This document shows positions 42,890-52,610 of a DNA stretch of 64,000 bases, piece by piece. A model generated the notes under the pieces. The model had not been told where the DNA came from. It did not search any database and worked only from the letters and a program-made list of their open reading frames with translations. Positions within the stretch are counted from its first letter, which is position 1. Every line of letters starts with the position of its first letter. Source of the stretch: Eubacteriales bacterium (lineage in GTDB: Bacteria; Bacillota; Clostridia; Oscillospirales; JAAYXM01); the NCBI GenBank assembly GCA_045539475.1, contig JAZQFJ010000091.1, positions 28,003 to 92,002 on the forward strand, read 5' to 3'. The translations under genes and the position numbers were made by a program.

Positions 42890-43264
42890 ATGAAAATGAA
42901 ATATTGTCCATACTGCGGTGCTGATCTGTTAGGCGGTACCGCTTCTTTCTGTTCGGAATGCGGAAAGCCTATCAGAAAACGAAAACAGGATGCAAAAAGT
43001 GGGAAAAAGTATCAGACACATAAAAGAAAGAAAAACAAATACGTGGCGGCTGAAGAAATTGTTCTTGACAAGGAAGCACCCCCTGATGAAACTGCAGAAA
43101 CCGTTGATGATGGATATGACGGATACTATGATGATGTCCGACCTGCAGATGAGAATATTGAGCGTCCGGGGCTGGATAAAGCAATTGTTAAGAATCTCAT
43201 CGTTATTATCGCCGGAGTAATTGCGGCTATAAGTATTTGCGTCATGGCGATGTACTTTATGTAG
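42890..43264 (+). CDS. zinc-ribbon protein with C-terminal TM anchor
   Basis: YCPYCGADL...FCSECGKPI, a basic then acidic linker, and C-terminal LIVIIAGVIAAISICVMAMYF. Confidence 0.6.
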   Translation: MKMKYCPYCGADLLGGTASFCSECGKPIRKRKQDAKSGKKYQTHKRKKNKYVAAEEIVLDKEAPPDETAETVDDGYDGYYDDVRPADENIERPGLDKAIVKNLIVIIAGVIAAISICVMAMYFM

Positions 43265-43317
43265 TAGTTGTAAATCAGTGTGGAAACTCGTGTAATTAGT
43301 ATGAGGTGATTTTTTCT

Positions 43318-43881
43318 ATGCTGTACTTATCAAAAGGTGTTTTGTGTAAGGACTCGACAACAGATACAGTCCGTGTTGCGCGTGGGGATGCAGTGTTTGT
43401 TCTGACAAAATCTGAATCCGAAATCTGGCTTAACGGCAGGTTTAATATAGTTTCCGTTACTGATGATAAAAAGGTAAATGCTGTAATCTCACTATATGAA
43501 AAGGGACTTGCAGAATTTGATGAACTATCCGATGCGCTTGGGCAATACAGACTTCTGTCGCGTTGTATCTGCTGTCCTGCCAAATCCGCATTTATCAAGG
43601 CACCGCTTTTAAAGACGGAAAAAACTGTGATGCTATGGCTTGATAATGCAGGAATCCGTCTTTCAACTGCAGAGCTTGTATATCTTATGGAAAATAAGGT
43701 CAGACCTTCGGGTAATCTTTTCGGCGATGAAAACGCCCAGGCACTTATAGAAACAATATATACCAAAGATACGATTTTCGATAATATCCTTGAAAACCGT
43801 ATGGAATACGCGAAATGCAGAAACGAGATTGTTTGTGCGATTCTGACTCTACTAAAAAAGAAAAGGATTGTGATGCTGTAA
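43318..43881 (+). CDS. hypothetical protein
   Basis: ATG 43318 lies 8 nt after GAGGTGA. Confidence 0.5.
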   Translation: MLYLSKGVLCKDSTTDTVRVARGDAVFVLTKSESEIWLNGRFNIVSVTDDKKVNAVISLYEKGLAEFDELSDALGQYRLLSRCICCPAKSAFIKAPLLKTEKTVMLWLDNAGIRLSTAELVYLMENKVRPSGNLFGDENAQALIETIYTKDTIFDNILENRMEYAKCRNEIVCAILTLLKKKRIVML

Positions 43882-44330
43882 TGTTTCTTAAAGAGCTTTA
43901 TCGGGACTTACCGTATATACTGAAGAAGAAAATAGTAATTCATGCTGCAATTGCATTGTTGGCAATGATTTTGTTGTTTGTAATAAGCTTTTGTTTTTCG
44001 GATATTATACTGATGCTCCCCTGTTTGTTTTTGAGCGGTCTGATGATAGTGAAAGCTGCGTTTTTGTTTTACAATTGCATTGCCGGTAACTACATTGAGA
44101 TTACCGGCATATGCTCCGATGTGGAAAAAACGACTATCAGGAAGAAGGTTAAGTATGTAATCCTGAGAGCAGAAGATAAAAAGTTAAAGCTCAATACTCA
44201 TTACAACTTGAAAAATATATGTGTCGGAGATGCTTTGACAGTGTATATATCAAAAAAGGCGTCGCTATATTATAAGGACGGAATGTATATTGCCAATGAG
44301 TTTTACGGAGTTGTCGTTAATGATGATTAA
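43881..44330 (+). CDS. hypothetical membrane protein
   Basis: TAATG overlap with the previous gene; two hydrophobic helices followed by a soluble C-terminal domain. Confidence 0.5.
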   Translation: MFLKELYRDLPYILKKKIVIHAAIALLAMILLFVISFCFSDIILMLPCLFLSGLMIVKAAFLFYNCIAGNYIEITGICSDVEKTTIRKKVKYVILRAEDKKLKLNTHYNLKNICVGDALTVYISKKASLYYKDGMYIANEFYGVVVNDD

Positions 44331-44342
44331 TTGATTAATGAA

Positions 44343-44470
44343 TTGACTATTTTTACTTGATATGATATAATAAAAATATAAGTTTCAAGGTTTCAGTAAG
44401 AGAAATCACAGTTATCCAAGTTTACAAAGTGTCAATGAGCACATTCGTGCTTTTTGGCACTTTTTTATTT
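44343..44470 (+). ncRNA. promoter + structured leader/small RNA + terminator, repeat family copy 2 of 3
   Basis: TTGACT 44343-48, 17-nt spacer, TATAAT 44366-71, ATAAGTTTCA, hairpin GGTTTC/GAAATC, terminator AGTGTCAA...TTGGCACT followed by TTTTTTATTTTC. Confidence 0.6.
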
Positions 44471-44546
44471 TCTTGATTTCTGCCCGGCTACGGGTTGAAA
44501 TAAATATATTTTTTTAGCAGGTAACCCCTGCAGAAAGGAGTTTTCC

Positions 44547-45041
44547 ATGTTGAAAGTATTCTCAACAAATGTCGTTGTATCGAAAGGTTTCAACGGCGCC
44601 CCGGCACTCAAATTTTTCAAGGACGACAACACCAATACCAGGAGCGTCAGATTCCGTATTGGTAAGAAGGTCTATGACTCGCGTGCCGAAAACAATGCCC
44701 GATGGCTTAATTACAGCGTCAAGGCTTTTAATGGCTTGTGCGACCGCATCGAGAAGATGAATATTGAAGAAGGTGCGTACTTGAACATTTCAGGCAGACT
44801 TGACGAAGAGACGTGGACGGATCAGAACAGCGGAGAGACGAAGATGGCAGTGGTCATCATCCTTGATGAGATAGAATATGCCGGCGTCGCGAAACCAAAG
44901 GAAGGTTCAGCTAACGTCCAGACAGCCAAAGCAAACGCTTCAGCAGCTCCTGAAGCACCCGCGCAGAACCCCACAGACTCCGATAATTTTACCGGTTTCC
45001 AGAATTTCGGCGGCAGTGGCGGAATGTTCGATGAAGAATAG
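44547..45041 (+). CDS. ssb: single-stranded DNA-binding protein
   Basis: OB-fold N-terminal ~110 aa, a Gly/Pro/Ala-rich linker, and the acidic C-terminal tip GGMFDEE. Confidence 0.8.
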   Translation: MLKVFSTNVVVSKGFNGAPALKFFKDDNTNTRSVRFRIGKKVYDSRAENNARWLNYSVKAFNGLCDRIEKMNIEEGAYLNISGRLDEETWTDQNSGETKMAVVIILDEIEYAGVAKPKEGSANVQTAKANASAAPEAPAQNPTDSDNFTGFQNFGGSGGMFDEE

Positions 45042-45069
45042 GAGCTAAAGTGAGATCCGGCGTAAATTA

Positions 45070-45113
45070 AGCGCACATGAGTATCTTTTGATAATCTCGT
45101 GTGCGCTTTTTTT
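45070..45113 (+). terminator. intrinsic terminator after ssb
   Basis: AGCGCACATGAG pairs with CTCGTGTGCGCT, then TTTTTTT. Confidence 0.75.
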
Positions 45114-45134
45114 GCGCCTGTGAGGAGGTAGTGT

Positions 45135-45518
45135 ATGACAAACGAAAGCTTTACCCTCTTATCAAATGAGGAAAAGAACAGAAAACTCAAAAACGTATTG
45201 CTCGAAAAGTCGGATAAGCGGCTTACTGAGGAGGAAACCAGAATTATCATGATCCATATTTCTCTCAATAAGCAATATGTTATCAAGAACTATTCGGAGC
45301 CTATGAGTTTTCTCGCTGCTTTAGCTGCTTCGGACAGCTATGAAAGCCAGACAATACTCGGCAGTGCTTTGGCAGGAGTCCCCGACATTTCAATGACTAT
45401 GTTCGATGATTCCAACGCTGCCGCGGTAATCACAAAAACAAACCGAGACGGGAATCCACTGTATTGTGTTCATGTGTATATCCCGTCATCCCGTACCGAA
45501 AGGAGATCTGAGATATGA
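45135..45518 (+). CDS. hypothetical protein
   Basis: 127-aa ORF with RBS GAGGAGG upstream. Confidence 0.55.
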   Translation: MTNESFTLLSNEEKNRKLKNVLLEKSDKRLTEEETRIIMIHISLNKQYVIKNYSEPMSFLAALAASDSYESQTILGSALAGVPDISMTMFDDSNAAAVITKTNRDGNPLYCVHVYIPSSRTERRSEI

Positions 45519-46258
45519 AAGTACCCGTAGGGAAGGGCACTATTGTAAGAGAGACTTTGCTCATCATAATAGCATTGATGCTGTTTGTGTTTATGTGCAG
45601 GCTGTGGCCGATACTGCTCTTTATGATTGTCGCTTTGTTTGTTGCAATGATTATTCTGCTATTTAAAGCATCGTCAGAGCCGAAAACGGTTGAGCCGAAG
45701 CCCATACCGTCAACAGTAAGACAACCGGTACGGATACCTTCGCAAAATGATGTATACGCACTTGCGTATTCTGTCATACTCAGACGGATTACCGAGCTTG
45801 TCCATGAAAAATATCCTCAGGCGCGTTGGATTTGGGAAGCGTCAAATGCACGCAACCTTATAGAAAACGGGGAAGATGTATACATTCTCTTGAATCGTGC
45901 CGGAGGATATGGCAGGGCTATGGTTAAAATAGTCAACCTGAGTGTCGTGGATGTCGTGTTTGGTGTTCCGGAAATTGACACATTCCCCGATGCTGCGGAT
46001 ACAGACGCTGAAGACGCGGATGAGGGTGTGCCGGAAAACTATGAGCTGATAGCCTTTGAATGGGTTCAGGCACACATTATTGATCTGAACAACAGATGCA
46101 ATGAAGCTATCGGTGAAGGCAAAAATATGGTCATCATTACGGAGGCTGAGCTTCCTGTACGGGAGAGTTGGATTGATGTATGTAAACAGCTTCAGAAGTC
46201 CGAAATCGAAAACCTTGAATGTATTCCGGAGGGAATACAGATTAATCTCACGCATTGA
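45515..46258 (+). CDS. hypothetical membrane protein
   Basis: ATGA overlap with the previous gene; N-terminal TM pair LLIIIALMLFVFMCRLWPILLFMIVALFVAMIILLF. Confidence 0.5.
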   Translation: MKVPVGKGTIVRETLLIIIALMLFVFMCRLWPILLFMIVALFVAMIILLFKASSEPKTVEPKPIPSTVRQPVRIPSQNDVYALAYSVILRRITELVHEKYPQARWIWEASNARNLIENGEDVYILLNRAGGYGRAMVKIVNLSVVDVVFGVPEIDTFPDAADTDAEDADEGVPENYELIAFEWVQAHIIDLNNRCNEAIGEGKNMVIITEAELPVRESWIDVCKQLQKSEIENLECIPEGIQINLTH

Positions 46259-46278
46259 AATGCAGAAAGGAATTTACA

Positions 46279-48153
46279 ATGAGTAATGTCACTAATCTTT
46301 TTAATTTCGGTCGCGCTCTGCCACATCCATTTGATAGCGTGACAAATAAGAAAGTCAAGGTATCGTCAAAGTATGGAGACGGAACCACATCAACATTGTG
46401 TTCGACGGTTATAAAAGCCGTGAATGCCGCTTGTGCTTGCATGAACGGTACAGGACAGGGTGCGTTTGGAACGCTTGACAGCAAGGGTATTGCTGAATAT
46501 AAGTCATCAAACAGCGCTGATGAATATCATTTGGTTGTGTATGACAGCACGGTAGGAAATCTTCTCGCTTGCGTATATGATAAAAGCACGGAAGTGATTG
46601 AAACATATACAGCTCATTCCTCTGCAAGAGACGGCGCTGCTATTGTTATGGCCATGCTCCCGGCTCTTATGGTGGATGATGAGTTCAAGGAGAATTTTGA
46701 TACATATTATGATCAGTTTCTTGCAGGATTTCTGGATATGGCTGTTACCACGGAGGCGATGGCATATATGTGTGACAACGCATATCGCCGCATCAAGGAC
46801 GATGGCTGTGCAGCGCATGTCCCTGTAGAGATTGACAAATCGGGTAATATCATGCACGTGTCGAGAAGTCATATTGACTCAGGTAATTTTACTCCGCATG
46901 CAGTTATTGGCGGAGAGTTTACTATTTTCGGTTCCACCGGACCTGCAACGATCAAAAAAGCCAGTACCTTCATTGAGCACAGTGACTTTGTAAGAAAATA
47001 CCCATTGAATTCATCAAGAGCACTTACCCCCGAAGAAGAGCTGATGGTGCCCGAGCTTCCTGAATGGTATATCATACCTCCGGAGGTCGTAGACATTTGC
47101 AAGCACGCACAGCACACCACAGGAAAGTCAATGCAGATGCGAAACTTTCTTTTACGTGGTCCTGCCGGTACAGGTAAGACAATGGGAGCAAAGGCTGTTG
47201 CAGCAGGACTCGGGCTTCCGTATAAGAAGTATACCTGCTCTGCTGGAACGGAAATATATGATTTTATCGGTCAGATCTTTCCGGATGCCGAAGGAGGCTC
47301 AACAGGAGATATACAGCTTGACCGTGAACGGCAACAGCTAAAGAGCATGGGTGGAATCAACTATACAAACGTTGCGAAGCTTATGAACCTGCCCGATCTG
47401 GACGATATGGATTACGATCCCCAAGGCGTGTATAAAGCGCTCACAGGGAAGGATAAGCCAAACGCATCCACTCAGGACTGTATGCTTATCGTGCTCAATA
47501 AAGTGACAGATAAGATAAAAGAGCTTTCCAGACGCGATGAAGCAAGTGCGTCACAAGGGCAGAGTTTCACTTATGTCGAAACCGATTTTCTGACAGCGCT
47601 CAAGAACGGATATGTTGTTGAGGTGCAAGAACCCACCACAATTATGCAACCGGGTGTATTGGTCGGACTCAACTCATTGCTTGAGCAGACCGGATCCATC
47701 ACGCTCCCGACCGGTGAGGTTATCGAACGCCATCCTGATGCTGTGGTTATCGTTACTACTAATATAAGCTATGAAGGCTGCCGCGGTATGAACCAGTCTG
47801 TCATTGACAGAATGAGTCTGGTGTGCGATGTCGAGGCTCCGGCACCTGAAGTAATGGTCCAGAGAGCGATGAGTGTCACCGGCGCAACTGATGAATACCA
47901 AGTAAGCCAAATGGTTCAGGTGGTAAACGATATTGCGGAATACTGCAGAACTCATGGCGTTACCGATGGTTCCTACGGCATGAGAAGCCTGATCGACTGG
48001 ATTGAAAGCAGTGCGATCACGAACAATGTCTATGAATCGGCATTATACACCATTATAAGCAAAGCCACTACGGACGAACTGGAACGTGAGGCTTTGATAA
48101 CATCAGTGCTTGAGCCTATTTTTGCTCCACCGAGGAAAAGAGCTTCAGCATAA
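46279..48153 (+). CDS. AAA+ ATPase (MoxR / CbbQ / CobS-like, AAA_5) with a ~290-aa unknown N-terminal domain
   Basis: Walker A LLRGPAGTGKTM and Walker B-like GYVVEVQEP, plus ITLPTGEVIERHPDAVVIVTTN. ATG 46279 follows AAAGGAA. Confidence 0.75.
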   Translation: MSNVTNLFNFGRALPHPFDSVTNKKVKVSSKYGDGTTSTLCSTVIKAVNAACACMNGTGQGAFGTLDSKGIAEYKSSNSADEYHLVVYDSTVGNLLACVYDKSTEVIETYTAHSSARDGAAIVMAMLPALMVDDEFKENFDTYYDQFLAGFLDMAVTTEAMAYMCDNAYRRIKDDGCAAHVPVEIDKSGNIMHVSRSHIDSGNFTPHAVIGGEFTIFGSTGPATIKKASTFIEHSDFVRKYPLNSSRALTPEEELMVPELPEWYIIPPEVVDICKHAQHTTGKSMQMRNFLLRGPAGTGKTMGAKAVAAGLGLPYKKYTCSAGTEIYDFIGQIFPDAEGGSTGDIQLDRERQQLKSMGGINYTNVAKLMNLPDLDDMDYDPQGVYKALTGKDKPNASTQDCMLIVLNKVTDKIKELSRRDEASASQGQSFTYVETDFLTALKNGYVVEVQEPTTIMQPGVLVGLNSLLEQTGSITLPTGEVIERHPDAVVIVTTNISYEGCRGMNQSVIDRMSLVCDVEAPAPEVMVQRAMSVTGATDEYQVSQMVQVVNDIAEYCRTHGVTDGSYGMRSLIDWIESSAITNNVYESALYTIISKATTDELEREALITSVLEPIFAPPRKRASA

Positions 48154-48180
48154 CTATTATGAGAGGAGGTTAACCCTGTA

Positions 48181-50481
48181 ATGGCAAGGGTGAATCACAA
48201 ATTAGTCAAAGAGCGCTTGAACGAAAAGCGCAGTAAAATAACTGATCGCCAGTTCTTCACATCACGACTGCTCGCAGGTCACTTTGAAGACATGGCGGCT
48301 GCACAGACACGGCGGTATAAATATAACCGCCGTGTCCACGTCAATCTTGTATGGGAACCTGACAGCAATATGATGGCGATGACGAACAACAGAGTTATTC
48401 TCATCAATTGCGGTAATAAGTTCATTACCAAGGTCAGAGGGCGCGAGAACCGCTATCAGATAGTGTGCGGGTTCTTTGCTCACGAGCTTGGACATGTTCT
48501 TTATACAGACTTTCTTGCAGGTCAGACTCATATCAATTTACTTGGACAAGGCAAATGGTTTCCTGAAAAGCCGATTTTAAAGACGAATGCAGATATACGA
48601 AACGAAGCCGCGCTTTGGGATTATGCAAATGATTCCGAAGAAAATATGCAGGCAGTACAGTATATAGCCTCTGAAATCAGCAATGTCATTGAGGATGGAT
48701 ACATAGAGGATCGTATGCTGCTGAATTTTCCCGGCAGACTGAAATACGGTCTGGAAAGCTTGAGAGATATTCATTTTGAGCAGATGCCAACCGTTACTCA
48801 ACTTATTGAAGAAGAGGACGATGGTAAAAGACATTTGTTTGAAAGTATCTTGCAAAATATTCTGTCTTATGTCAAGTTCGGTGAGATAAAATACGGAGAT
48901 GAGCCGCTTAATGATGTGCGCATTAAAACTGTTTTTGATCTCATTCTTGATATAGACAGTGCCCTGATAAGCAATTCAGCCAAAGACAGAATACGGATAA
49001 CCAATTATATCCTTGTCCACTGCTGGGAGTATCTTTCGGATTATCTGGAGGAATGTAAGAAACGGCATCAGGAAGCAGTCGCTTCCGGTGCGGCTGGTAC
49101 AATTTCGGAAACACTTGCAGGAATGCTCGGCTCAATTACCGGCGGATCCTTGACAGGTACAGGTGACGGAACTCCCGTTGCGCAGTCTTCCGGTGGTCCG
49201 GTCAATACGGTAACAGCGATAAGGCGTGCAAAAACCAAAGCCGATGCCGGGAAGGCTGATGAAGAGAAAGCCGAAGATGCGACTGGAAACGGGTCCGGTG
49301 ATGATAATAATGCTTCTCAGACCGGAACGGAAAATGAAAATGCTCTGTCTGGGTCTGGAGATGATGACGGTACCGATCCGGTCGAAGAGGGTTTGAACCC
49401 CATTGACGACGGTGGGAACAGAGGCGGAAAGCAAGAGGTGTCTGAGTCTGAGGGCGGACGAATTCCGTATCATCAGACCAACACACTGTATGCACCTGAA
49501 GGCGGAACGACTGAATATGACAATGATTATCAGCGTGAAAAGTATGACAGAGCCGCTACGGACATTGAAAGGATACTTGATAAAATGGCAGAAAAGGCCG
49601 CTTGTACTGAGCTTGAGAACGCCAGAATCAAGGAACTGCGTGATGTGGCTCAAAACATCTCATACGGAGATATTCACAGCGGTGTCAACGTCCGTATAAA
49701 TCGCATAAACAGTGTGGATGAGGAGCTTGTAGAGCAATTTAATGATATTGCAGCACCGCTGCTTGCCATATCCAAACAGTTGACACGCAGTGTTATTCGT
49801 CAGTTCGATGATTATAGACGCGGTGGTAAACAAACAGGGCTTATGATGGGACGAAGGCTTGAAGTGAGAGCTTTATGCAGAAACGATGGCAAGGTCTTTT
49901 CAAAGAACGCCCTTCCTAATGAAATTCCGCAATTGTCGGTGGGGCTCCTACTTGATGAATCAGGTTCTATGGGATGCGATGACCGTTGTACATATGCAAG
50001 AGCCGCAGCTATTATCCTGCATGATTTTTGTGAAAGTCTGGATATCCCGGTTATGGTCTACGGTCATTCAACCAGCGGCAGTGATGTCTGTTTATATTCA
50101 TATGCCGAGTTTGAAGGCTTTGATAATAACGACAAATACCGTCTGATGGATATTCACGCCAGAGGCAGTAACCGCGACGGTGCGGCGCTCAGGTTTGTTG
50201 CGGAGCAATTGTCCAAGAGAACTGAGGATGTTAGAATCCTCATACTGGTTTCAGACGGACAACCTGCGCATTCAGGATACAGCGGAACCGCAGCCGAGGA
50301 AGACCTGCGCGGTATCAAGCAGGAATACCAGAGAAAAGGCATCTTGTTCATTGCTGCAGCCATTGGGGATGATAAGGTGAATATTGAAAGGATATACGGC
50401 AATTCATTTTTGGATATAACCGACCTTTCCCAGCTCCCCGTTAAGCTGACATCTATAATCAGAAAACACTTAAGATTTTAA
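48181..50481 (+). CDS. von Willebrand factor A (CobT-like) protein with an N-terminal HExxH motif and an acidic low-complexity centre
   Basis: MIDAS LLLDESGSM and ILVSDGQPA; N-terminal FFAHELGHVLYTDF; central stretch DEEKAEDATGNGSGDDNNASQTGTENE. Confidence 0.75.
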   Translation: MARVNHKLVKERLNEKRSKITDRQFFTSRLLAGHFEDMAAAQTRRYKYNRRVHVNLVWEPDSNMMAMTNNRVILINCGNKFITKVRGRENRYQIVCGFFAHELGHVLYTDFLAGQTHINLLGQGKWFPEKPILKTNADIRNEAALWDYANDSEENMQAVQYIASEISNVIEDGYIEDRMLLNFPGRLKYGLESLRDIHFEQMPTVTQLIEEEDDGKRHLFESILQNILSYVKFGEIKYGDEPLNDVRIKTVFDLILDIDSALISNSAKDRIRITNYILVHCWEYLSDYLEECKKRHQEAVASGAAGTISETLAGMLGSITGGSLTGTGDGTPVAQSSGGPVNTVTAIRRAKTKADAGKADEEKAEDATGNGSGDDNNASQTGTENENALSGSGDDDGTDPVEEGLNPIDDGGNRGGKQEVSESEGGRIPYHQTNTLYAPEGGTTEYDNDYQREKYDRAATDIERILDKMAEKAACTELENARIKELRDVAQNISYGDIHSGVNVRINRINSVDEELVEQFNDIAAPLLAISKQLTRSVIRQFDDYRRGGKQTGLMMGRRLEVRALCRNDGKVFSKNALPNEIPQLSVGLLLDESGSMGCDDRCTYARAAAIILHDFCESLDIPVMVYGHSTSGSDVCLYSYAEFEGFDNNDKYRLMDIHARGSNRDGAALRFVAEQLSKRTEDVRILILVSDGQPAHSGYSGTAAEEDLRGIKQEYQRKGILFIAAAIGDDKVNIERIYGNSFLDITDLSQLPVKLTSIIRKHLRF

Positions 50482-50583
50482 TAATCAACAGTTGCCCGAA
50501 TGAGGGTAAAAAAATGATCGATACGGGCAACTGCAATATCTGCTGTTGCCCGTGATATGTCTTATCACGAAAGGAGCATTTAT

Positions 50584-51702
50584 ATGCATTTTTTAAATTT
50601 GATAACAGTAGATATACCTACAATCACACCTGAGCCTGAGATGGATGCACGAGTTCAAGAAGAACTTGAGAAATTAAAGGCTATAAGGACGGATAAGAAT
50701 TTCTTTGCGGACTACTACATAGAAAAGCTCAACAGCCGTTCCAATGCGTTCGGACGCAAAGTTGATACGGAAATCGACATAAAGCTTGAACCGTACAATG
50801 AGCAGACCGAAAACCCTGAATACCTTGAATTTGATGATCGTACCGATGAGATTCGCCAGGACTATGAAACAGGTAAAACCGATTGCATCAAATTTCCCGG
50901 CGGAAAATACTACAGTGTATATCATTATATGGTTCGCAATAAATTCATTATTGGCGAAGACGGTTTGGTTTATCAGAAGGATTTCGGACAATTACATCAC
51001 CCAAAACGCTCGAAACGTGCAAAGAAAATGACAGCATTTAAAGACTTCCCATATAAGAAGATGTATAAGACTATGGATGCATTTGCACGAGAAGAATATT
51101 GTCTTTACTATAATGAAGACTTTAAGGGATATGGTTATTTGTGTAATCCGAATGCTTTCTATGACTGGTATCAGATCGGTGGTCGCTGGCCGTTTGTATT
51201 CCTTGTTAAAGATAGCTGCCAAGAGTTTTCAATCGGAGAACGTAGCTGGGGTATTCATGAAGTTCCACCTTCACCCGATGGTTACAGATGGGTATGTGCA
51301 GCTCGTAAAAAGGATATTCAATGGAAAGTTATGTTTGAGTGCAGAAAAGAAAATGCGATCAAAAACTTCCATGAACTTGAAAAAGGCTTCGCTGAGGGTA
51401 AAATTCCTGAAGGTTGGTATGGGAATATCAACGAAAAAGGAATTGTCGGGTTTATGGAAATGCTCTATGTCAAAGGCGAAACTGTACAACAGTACCTTGC
51501 CCGACATAGAATTATCCGTAAATACAAATACCCGTCTTTCCCTTATGGTTATCTTGATGATCAGGGCGAATATCACAGCGAAGACTCAATGCCTTCTAAG
51601 AATGACAAAAAGGCAAAGCGTATGTGGCATAGAAAAGTCAATCGCTTTATTGACTCACTCCACGATGAGACCGTTTTGGTCGTTGTTGACTGTCATATTT
51701 AA
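50584..51702 (+). CDS. hypothetical protein
   Basis: ATG 50584 follows AAAGGAG. Contains the conserved-looking segment NPNAFYDWYQIGGRWPF. Confidence 0.5.
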   Translation: MHFLNLITVDIPTITPEPEMDARVQEELEKLKAIRTDKNFFADYYIEKLNSRSNAFGRKVDTEIDIKLEPYNEQTENPEYLEFDDRTDEIRQDYETGKTDCIKFPGGKYYSVYHYMVRNKFIIGEDGLVYQKDFGQLHHPKRSKRAKKMTAFKDFPYKKMYKTMDAFAREEYCLYYNEDFKGYGYLCNPNAFYDWYQIGGRWPFVFLVKDSCQEFSIGERSWGIHEVPPSPDGYRWVCAARKKDIQWKVMFECRKENAIKNFHELEKGFAEGKIPEGWYGNINEKGIVGFMEMLYVKGETVQQYLARHRIIRKYKYPSFPYGYLDDQGEYHSEDSMPSKNDKKAKRMWHRKVNRFIDSLHDETVLVVVDCHI

Positions 51703-51716
51703 TGAGGTGCTGGAAA

Positions 51717-52610
51717 ATGATTTTGAATGAACATGGTAAATCCTTTGAGTATGACGGCATTAAGTATGCTATAGGCGATGTTGTCATCGGTACTGATGTA
51801 AGTGAGTATGAAGGACTGGCAGGTACAATAATCGAAATCCGAGACGGCGAAGACAAGGAAACAGAAAACGAAACACCTGATATTTACTGTTCTTTTGAAC
51901 CGCCTTTGTTACCTGAAGATGTAAGGATTCTTGAAGAAACCTTTTCAGACCTTTACGAAGCGCCTAAGACAATTGAGGATATCTTGCTTGATATGGTAAT
52001 TATGGCTCCTGAGATGATTGTTCCTGCGGATAAGCGTTCCCGAAATGTCCGAAAAATTAAATTATATGCCGTTACAGAAGACTGGGTTAATAATGATGAT
52101 GAATATGGGCAATCGACTACGCTTTTTGCAACAAAGGAAGCTGCTCTGAAGGAGTTCAAACTTCTTCTTGCGACCGAGGCTCTTAATGGCATTATTTCGA
52201 ATATCAAGGGAACCTATGATTATGTCGAGGAATTCAGTTCTATAGACTACAAGTGTTATGCGGATGGTTTCCATGAAGGAAACCATTATCACGTTGCAGT
52301 TGAAGAAATGGAACTGTTCCTTACTCCGTCATCCCTTGAGCAAATGAGAAAACTTGCACAGGATATTGCATACTGTGCGGATTTCATTGAGCAGATTGAA
52401 CCTTGGGAAGAAATTGCCGAGATGTCCACATCACAGTATCATAAGATGATTACCGATCCGGAACTGCCGGAACGCATCAGGAAAGCTATTGATATGAATG
52501 ATGGTTACTGGGATTCTTACTGGCAGAGCATTTCTGAAGTGGCTCATCGCATTGTCAAAGAAGCCAAAGGAGATGGATGTAATGCAAATTCCGAAAACCT
52601 GTCTTCATAA
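51717..52610 (+). CDS. hypothetical protein
   Basis: ATG 51717 lies 7 nt after GAGGTG. Confidence 0.5.
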   Translation: MILNEHGKSFEYDGIKYAIGDVVIGTDVSEYEGLAGTIIEIRDGEDKETENETPDIYCSFEPPLLPEDVRILEETFSDLYEAPKTIEDILLDMVIMAPEMIVPADKRSRNVRKIKLYAVTEDWVNNDDEYGQSTTLFATKEAALKEFKLLLATEALNGIISNIKGTYDYVEEFSSIDYKCYADGFHEGNHYHVAVEEMELFLTPSSLEQMRKLAQDIAYCADFIEQIEPWEEIAEMSTSQYHKMITDPELPERIRKAIDMNDGYWDSYWQSISEVAHRIVKEAKGDGCNANSENLSS

